64,000 bases of DNA from positions 10,354,001-10,418,000 of the forward strand of contig OZ059898.1 of the NCBI GenBank assembly GCA_964057225.1, read 5' to 3'. The DNA is from Auanema rhodensis (taxonomy: Eukaryota > Animalia > Nematoda). Made by a program: the position numbers and the translations under genes. The notes beneath the pieces are model-generated. The model saw only the letters and a program-made list of their open reading frames with translations, did no database searches and was not told the origin of the DNA. Within the stretch, counting starts at the first letter, position 1. Every line of letters begins with the position of its first letter. Positions 60,701-64,000 of the stretch are shown piece by piece.

Positions 60701-62695
60701 CCGATTATAATTACTTCGACGTATGCCGAAGAAATCAATAGTTGCAAGGACTCTAACATGTTCACCACAAAACTTATAGCGAATCCTCATTGCTCCCCAG
60801 AAATGGCAACATGGACAGTGATAATAACCATTATGGCAGTTACCCTCATAGTCTCTTGTCTATGCCGCATGGGTTACAGCCAATATAGATATAAGACATG
60901 GTCCAGAAACACTCAAACCATGCTCAACATCATGAAATTAAAACATAAAACAATCTCCGAACAAGAAGATCATGAAACTGATCAAAAAATAACAGAAGAC
61001 CACAATGATACGTTGCAATTAAAACAAACGAACACACAAGACGCTAATATTGTGGATCATGAAACCTTTCAAAAGCATATTTACCCTATTTTAAACCATA
61101 CGAGAAAGCCACCAAAATTCTCTCTCTTTACTAGAGGGTCGCAAACATCTTTACCATCGTTACTGGCAATCATCTTGGCTTTATGTATTGGAAGCTGCAG
61201 TTCATGTTCCGATGTTCATGTTCAACACTTCGTTAACATACGATGCGATGACAACTTAGCTTGTTATCACGAATACAGTCAAGATATCATATTTTCTCCC
61301 GGAACAAAACAATTATGCATTACCATAACGCATTCTAATCATGAAATTGGTCAATTTAAAATAACTAAACTATATACTGAACATGTCTGCCAGAAGAATA
61401 CTAGATACTTCACTAGACAGACAACCGTCAACATATTGAGCATATTACGATGCCGTCACCGGGGCTCGTGTGACGGAACATGTGAAACTAACTCGCTTCA
61501 TAATAAAATCGTGGAACTACAACCATATACGTTCCCTTCACAATCAGGTTGCTTCACATCGTCAGCAAGATTTTACACATGTCCTATGATTTGGACAGAT
61601 CCGTGCCTTTTCTACAAAATAGAGCATATACCCGTCACTGAGGAAGTATACGAAGTCTATACTTGTGATAGTTGGTCCACCCAAACCGTATTTAATATAG
61701 AAACAACATTACTCCAGCAGAAAAATAATTACAATATCACTCTACAACCTTACACGAAAAATCGTGAACAACTTTTCAATATAACAACGTTATCACAATC
61801 ACAACCTCCTCCAGAAATGTACACAAAATTATTTTTTTCCTCCAAAGAAAACACGTACATTACGGATATACACACAAAGGGAATAATTCAATGTGGAACA
61901 GAGGAAGCCGCATTAAAACATTTTAATAACTGTACAGTATCCTCATTCTGCCCTTGCACATTCAATAGATTTGATGACATAAAATGTAGGTGTGATACCC
62001 CTACTTTTGAAAAAATGTCCAATACATCAGACATAAAATCTCCTAACCAAAACTTTAAAACTAAAGATAACACGTTATCATTCTCTACGAATTTAGACGA
62101 AAATTTAGTTACGGTCGATTCATCCCTATTCTTAAACTCAGTGATCTTCTCCAACAATTTGCCCTGCGCACCTGCCCTGACAAAACTATCAGGTTGCTAC
62201 TCCTGCGGGCAGGGTGCATTCGCAGAATTCCAATGCCTTACGGCAGAAGAAACATGGATTTCTATCGAATGTCAAAAAGAAGTATTCATGATAAAATGCT
62301 CTCCAAAAGTAGCAATCACAAAAGTAACAATGAAAAGAGAAAATTCTCAGATTGATGAATTATGCTATACCACATGCGACAATAAAAAAATTAAGATCAT
62401 TATTAAAGGAATATTACATCACATAGCAAGCATAGATGAAATAAACGAAAGTGACTCAAGTAAGGGTACAGAATCCAAATCCATTGACTTTGCTCCAATC
62501 TTCAAGTTAATTTTATCAAAGTTGGGAATCATATTGATAGGTGTTGCAATAACCGCCACCATAGGATATGTGGCATGTACACCCATCATGTACTGTGTAG
62601 TTTTGAATACAGTCTTAACCACACAATGGATAGCTACCAGGATATTCACACTGTGGATAAAATCAAAAGCCTTATTTCGGGATCAAAGATTTTAA
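54764..62695 (+). CDS. Gag-Pol-Env polyprotein (2,643 aa from first ATG)
   Basis: AAAAATG start at 54764 (track start 54632 is TTG). DUF1759-like PTFDGKPENFKSFW; three CCHC knuckles ~55922-56110; protease LIDEGS...ILIGMD; RT YMPHH/RIVFDAS/DIKAAF/RLPFG/YVDN; Pao RNase H FADAS/TIPRLEL; integrase HHCC+DDE; Gc-like env from ~61205. Confidence 0.97.
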   Translation: MSLLFVNHIKQSNQFLGELLTRYEMEVKDLPGILVDCDFHTEEEEETLSCLIIRWTKVQHQFKESLKNHQDNEKKFQKFYEASDKTLRKALDEQYIAFTSDEDFEPNIKKVQNAIIELDEHIMKAERILRKLRKTLHKNESEHNSNRSTENNETENKSNDQFLEIIKSFLHIQQTSIQKPAMSLPTFDGKPENFKSFWGRFDRLVHDNEQFTTLEKVNLLCESLKGDSQIAIRGIEPSAQNYELMREALVSEFGDYSSDINSLLTQLRNLKFASNNAKACKETFGETKALIRQIEAAGATVSREMCTAMILNKFPYHIVEDILIHPNNYHSTKEMLTAVDHKIYSFFLKEQTRNSHEQKFRNHKDNVTSVSHKDSTAEQRKTQTWPCVFCDSSEHRFYQCTTFETPEKRRYRIRGKAICWICFSDKHKSSECRKQKCRNCQGDHNSALCSQGRKSVQNIQKDKETPTIKKDQALLITTEELLNKKTTEYKQESDTNNRIPTEALNAPVSLNHIADTHNIEESQVILRTAMANIYNHNSKKYEQVRMLIDEGSMRSFISKDLSTRLGLPILGSQKRTFYGIGALSETHEVEDVKVIIGTSTGSLIVTKLFTKPMLTTPIRCPKLSNEDLKFIQRRKIKLANPKTNGESFTPDILIGMDRYKLFMHLNEETELPSRMRLKNSVFGHMIHGEAPLPDDNTQQEVILCSTLEEITKETSHKELLTNLFELDSIGINTENANADRTIDYYEEYSKDIKIENNRIIAPFPLKNNFKNLKNNKMPAYHRFVSLWRKLLHNPEMLSHYTTTIESYLKDNIVEQIPNNHQEPLEFYMPHHGVWKPSKANPLRIVFDASAKQKDSPSLNEIIHTGRSFITYIHDIMISCRTRPIIITCDIKAAFLQVQLTENHKNLCKFFWIKNKEYPISHNNIITLRFNRLPFGITASPSVLNMGIKWFLESKVDNPLAMEILHNLYVDNIILTANTTEEAIKKCKETQTLFSEINMHVREFLSNDEQVIQNLPEEDRYPNMTTKILGISFNKEHDSFIIPIKITTTHTSYTKRILLSQLHSIFDPIGLSAPILLPLKLILREIISTKLSWDQPIDSNSIKQWEQHITQINNKQLTMNRYFKFSEHETQLWVFADASNQAMAACSYFQTNGKISSLLNGKSRIAPKNKTTIPRLELLAIRLAVRMALSIVTICPKIAKVNIVSDSNIALSWIVSQKSLPLFINNQTNTIKKQLKQIEQICCNIELYHVQTSFNTADIGSRGADMEKLQVSDWIEGPHWLTKLSVHNPLTSLGSPNNSSRNNAELKSEHHNVVHIIIDNPPTHDIWNIRENYDDVIKTMTTVGKLFKKWFFTVHPNDANKLQKIKHLTSTDTHTVEDINIIEKILISNSQSNMSLDDLQQRHINLKFFKDTWDIYRVRSRLQNTLLPEETKNPIFLLKTNPIVKKLINKIHKDNNHQGKHFTLIQLRQKFYIPKTTGVIKQTLKNCVTCKRFQSHPYELPDMPSLPKDRTILTRAFFSTGCDLMGPFTLRNGSKVHICLFTCMTTRAIHLEVVTNQSTVAFMNAFTRFISRRGTPEIMRSDCAGNFILSSKILETLEKTSDYNERSLLNTLAQQKIKWIYNTPLSPWKGGCWERLVGVTKASLKKCFIPSRMSLDDLHTAIVKIEAIINTRPLTHPHPDNLDTLPIRPIDFLTSAIKFSLPENNADTHIFDIHSDIQTIQSTEQALEALQLSEDSASKFWKRFQEEYLTSLKDIFKHKHHRKNHTNIFPQPDEIVLIQNDMLPRGTWKLGRIIETITSSDGNIRSAKVATSNGNIITRSINQLYPLEIRCNTSNNKIIEDNSHIVQENNSSTDRIPHTDTVLDNIHSDHPIEHTDETIHENNNINDSNHNYDIAYESDNSQHDNTYTPETENNEDATNDRPQNKTKLSSVKTAKYTEQDEVTEKENIKAFPLKMSYATHQRKNKINPKIAADIMKALSLPIIITSTYAEEINSCKDSNMFTTKLIANPHCSPEMATWTVIITIMAVTLIVSCLCRMGYSQYRYKTWSRNTQTMLNIMKLKHKTISEQEDHETDQKITEDHNDTLQLKQTNTQDANIVDHETFQKHIYPILNHTRKPPKFSLFTRGSQTSLPSLLAIILALCIGSCSSCSDVHVQHFVNIRCDDNLACYHEYSQDIIFSPGTKQLCITITHSNHEIGQFKITKLYTEHVCQKNTRYFTRQTTVNILSILRCRHRGSCDGTCETNSLHNKIVELQPYTFPSQSGCFTSSARFYTCPMIWTDPCLFYKIEHIPVTEEVYEVYTCDSWSTQTVFNIETTLLQQKNNYNITLQPYTKNREQLFNITTLSQSQPPPEMYTKLFFSSKENTYITDIHTKGIIQCGTEEAALKHFNNCTVSSFCPCTFNRFDDIKCRCDTPTFEKMSNTSDIKSPNQNFKTKDNTLSFSTNLDENLVTVDSSLFLNSVIFSNNLPCAPALTKLSGCYSCGQGAFAEFQCLTAEETWISIECQKEVFMIKCSPKVAITKVTMKRENSQIDELCYTTCDNKKIKIIIKGILHHIASIDEINESDSSKGTESKSIDFAPIFKLILSKLGIILIGVAITATIGYVACTPIMYCVVLNTVLTTQWIATRIFTLWIKSKALFRDQRF

Positions 62696-62997
62696 AAGCA
62701 TAAGAGAAGAATTTCTTGTGGAGATAAAATTTAAAATTAAAAATTGAAATAATAATGAAACAAAAGAAAAAGAAAGCATTATGTACGAATATAACCATTG
62801 TAATAAAACAATATCATTGTTTTTCTTTCTTTTCAATTTATGGTAGTATCAAGTTTCTTTTATCCAACTCAGTTACATAACACATAACCTTTTGTACAGG
62901 CTCTAAAATTCATTGTATCTGTAACAAGATAACCTAAACACACCATTGTACAATGAACTAATAGATGTTAATCAGCGTTTAAAGTCCAGATGTGAAC

Positions 62998-63504
62998 ATG
63001 TATATAAGGATGCAGATCATGTCTTTCCTATATTCCATGAAAATGGAAGATATTGTCTCGAATATAATTGAGAATGCTTCCTTTGAGGAAGAGCTCAAAA
63101 AATATTCCCATCTACCTAACACTGCTGCCAATCTGAGGCAACTAATTGTGCTTGAAAAGAGGCTCTACGAGCACCTAGCTAGCGCGGTGAACCATCTATC
63201 CGAACGACTGGACAATATTCAACATTCGTTAAATCTGAAACTAGACAATTTGACCATTCAGACTGCTCCTAAAGCTTCATGTGTATTCTGCAATAAACCG
63301 ACAGCTGATGGGCACCGTACTGCGGCCTGTCCGATTTATCCTTCCTCACCGGAACGCACTCTCCGTCTTCATGAACTGGGGTTATGCATCAGATGTTTGA
63401 ATCAAAAACATCCAGCGATATGCGAGGTATCCTGCTATAGATGTAAGGCGGATACGCATCATGGAGTGGTTTGTGGAGATATAAAACGTAAAAGACCTTT
63501 GTAG
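62998..63504 (+). CDS. Accessory ORF with three CCHC zinc knuckles (nucleocapsid-like)
   Basis: Same translation as 4761-5267; start uncertain. Confidence 0.8.
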   Translation: MYIRMQIMSFLYSMKMEDIVSNIIENASFEEELKKYSHLPNTAANLRQLIVLEKRLYEHLASAVNHLSERLDNIQHSLNLKLDNLTIQTAPKASCVFCNKPTADGHRTAACPIYPSSPERTLRLHELGLCIRCLNQKHPAICEVSCYRCKADTHHGVVCGDIKRKRPL

Positions 63505-63534
63505 GCCTTCTTCTCATTCCCGAATTGCCGGGAG

Positions 63535-63598
63535 TGTCGCGATAAGCGAGTGAGTTTGTATAATTTTTTTATCTTCAACAATTGTTTTATTTGTTTCT

Positions 63599-63639
<41 letters not shown>

Positions 63640-63883
63640 TTCTTCTAACTTCCTAAGTAATTTTTATCCATACCACATGTTGTGTTATACATGTGGCATG
63701 ACTAACTCTTTGTTTCAGGCTGACGACCGCCCACGAGAAGAGATCAGTCTTACATTTTTTAACGTTCGCAGTCAGTGATTCTATTCCGTGCTTGTCTTGT
63801 TAATTCATCAATAAACCCTTTTCTACATATTCGCTTTGTGTTTTATTTCCAACCATACTATACACTTGCGGTATAACGCCACA
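63535..63883 (+). repeat. 3' LTR of copy 2 (349 bp), contains (TC)17 at 63602-63635
   Basis: TGT...ACA; followed by TSD TAAGT. Confidence 0.97.
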
Positions 63884-64000
63884 TAAGTTTTAGAAAAAAA
63901 TTAAAGTTCAGCTGTCTCTACTATTAACTGATTATCGGCTAAAATAAGGTAACAGTTTTTATTAAAAGTTTCCGTGATTAATATTAAACAAAGAAAAAAA
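63884..64000. repeat. Right TSD (TAAGT) and resumption of the 231-bp satellite
   Basis: Satellite continues in register from 54107. Confidence 0.93.

Larger units (their letters stand above)
54108..63883 (+). mobile_element. Complete BEL/Pao env-containing LTR retroelement (endogenous virus-like), copy 2, 9,776 bp
   Basis: Two LTRs with TGT...ACA ends, 5-bp TSD, tRNA-Gly PBS, uninterrupted polyprotein in the order Gag-PR-RT-RH-IN-Env. Confidence 0.98.

Noticed and set aside
55179-62649. Short antisense/alternate-frame ORFs within the polyprotein (and 787-4412)
   Set aside because: No recognisable motifs; consistent with shadow ORFs of an A-rich coding strand.

Overview
Eukaryotic, most likely nematode, DNA (inferred from the retroelement type) with three parts. 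(1) 1-5668: the 3' part of an envelope-bearing BEL/Pao LTR retroelement. (2) 5669-54107: a ~48.4-kb AT-rich satellite of ~231-bp monomers. In 47 monomers a fixed ~172-bp cassette carries a minus-strand tRNA-Gly(GCC) gene (26 consensus copies, 17 with a T-loop/B-box C56A change, 4 with other single changes), arranged in nested higher-order repeats. (3) 54108-63883: a complete, near-identical second copy of the element (9,776 bp, 5-bp TSD TAAGT). It has a single gag-pro-RT-RH-IN-env ORF with a phlebovirus Gc-like glycoprotein and a 3' accessory ORF carrying a second nucleocapsid-like zinc-knuckle triplet; satellite then resumes. The most notable signal is the coupling of element and tRNA array. 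Copy 2 is inserted 68-72 bp upstream of a tRNA-Gly gene and copy 1 is inferred at 58-62 bp, i.e. 10 bp apart, in the same orientation and the same unit subtype. The element is primed by that same tRNA through a bipartite PBS whose second half pairs with the anticodon arm and doubles as a consensus splice donor. All counts and comparisons were made by eye, without alignment software.
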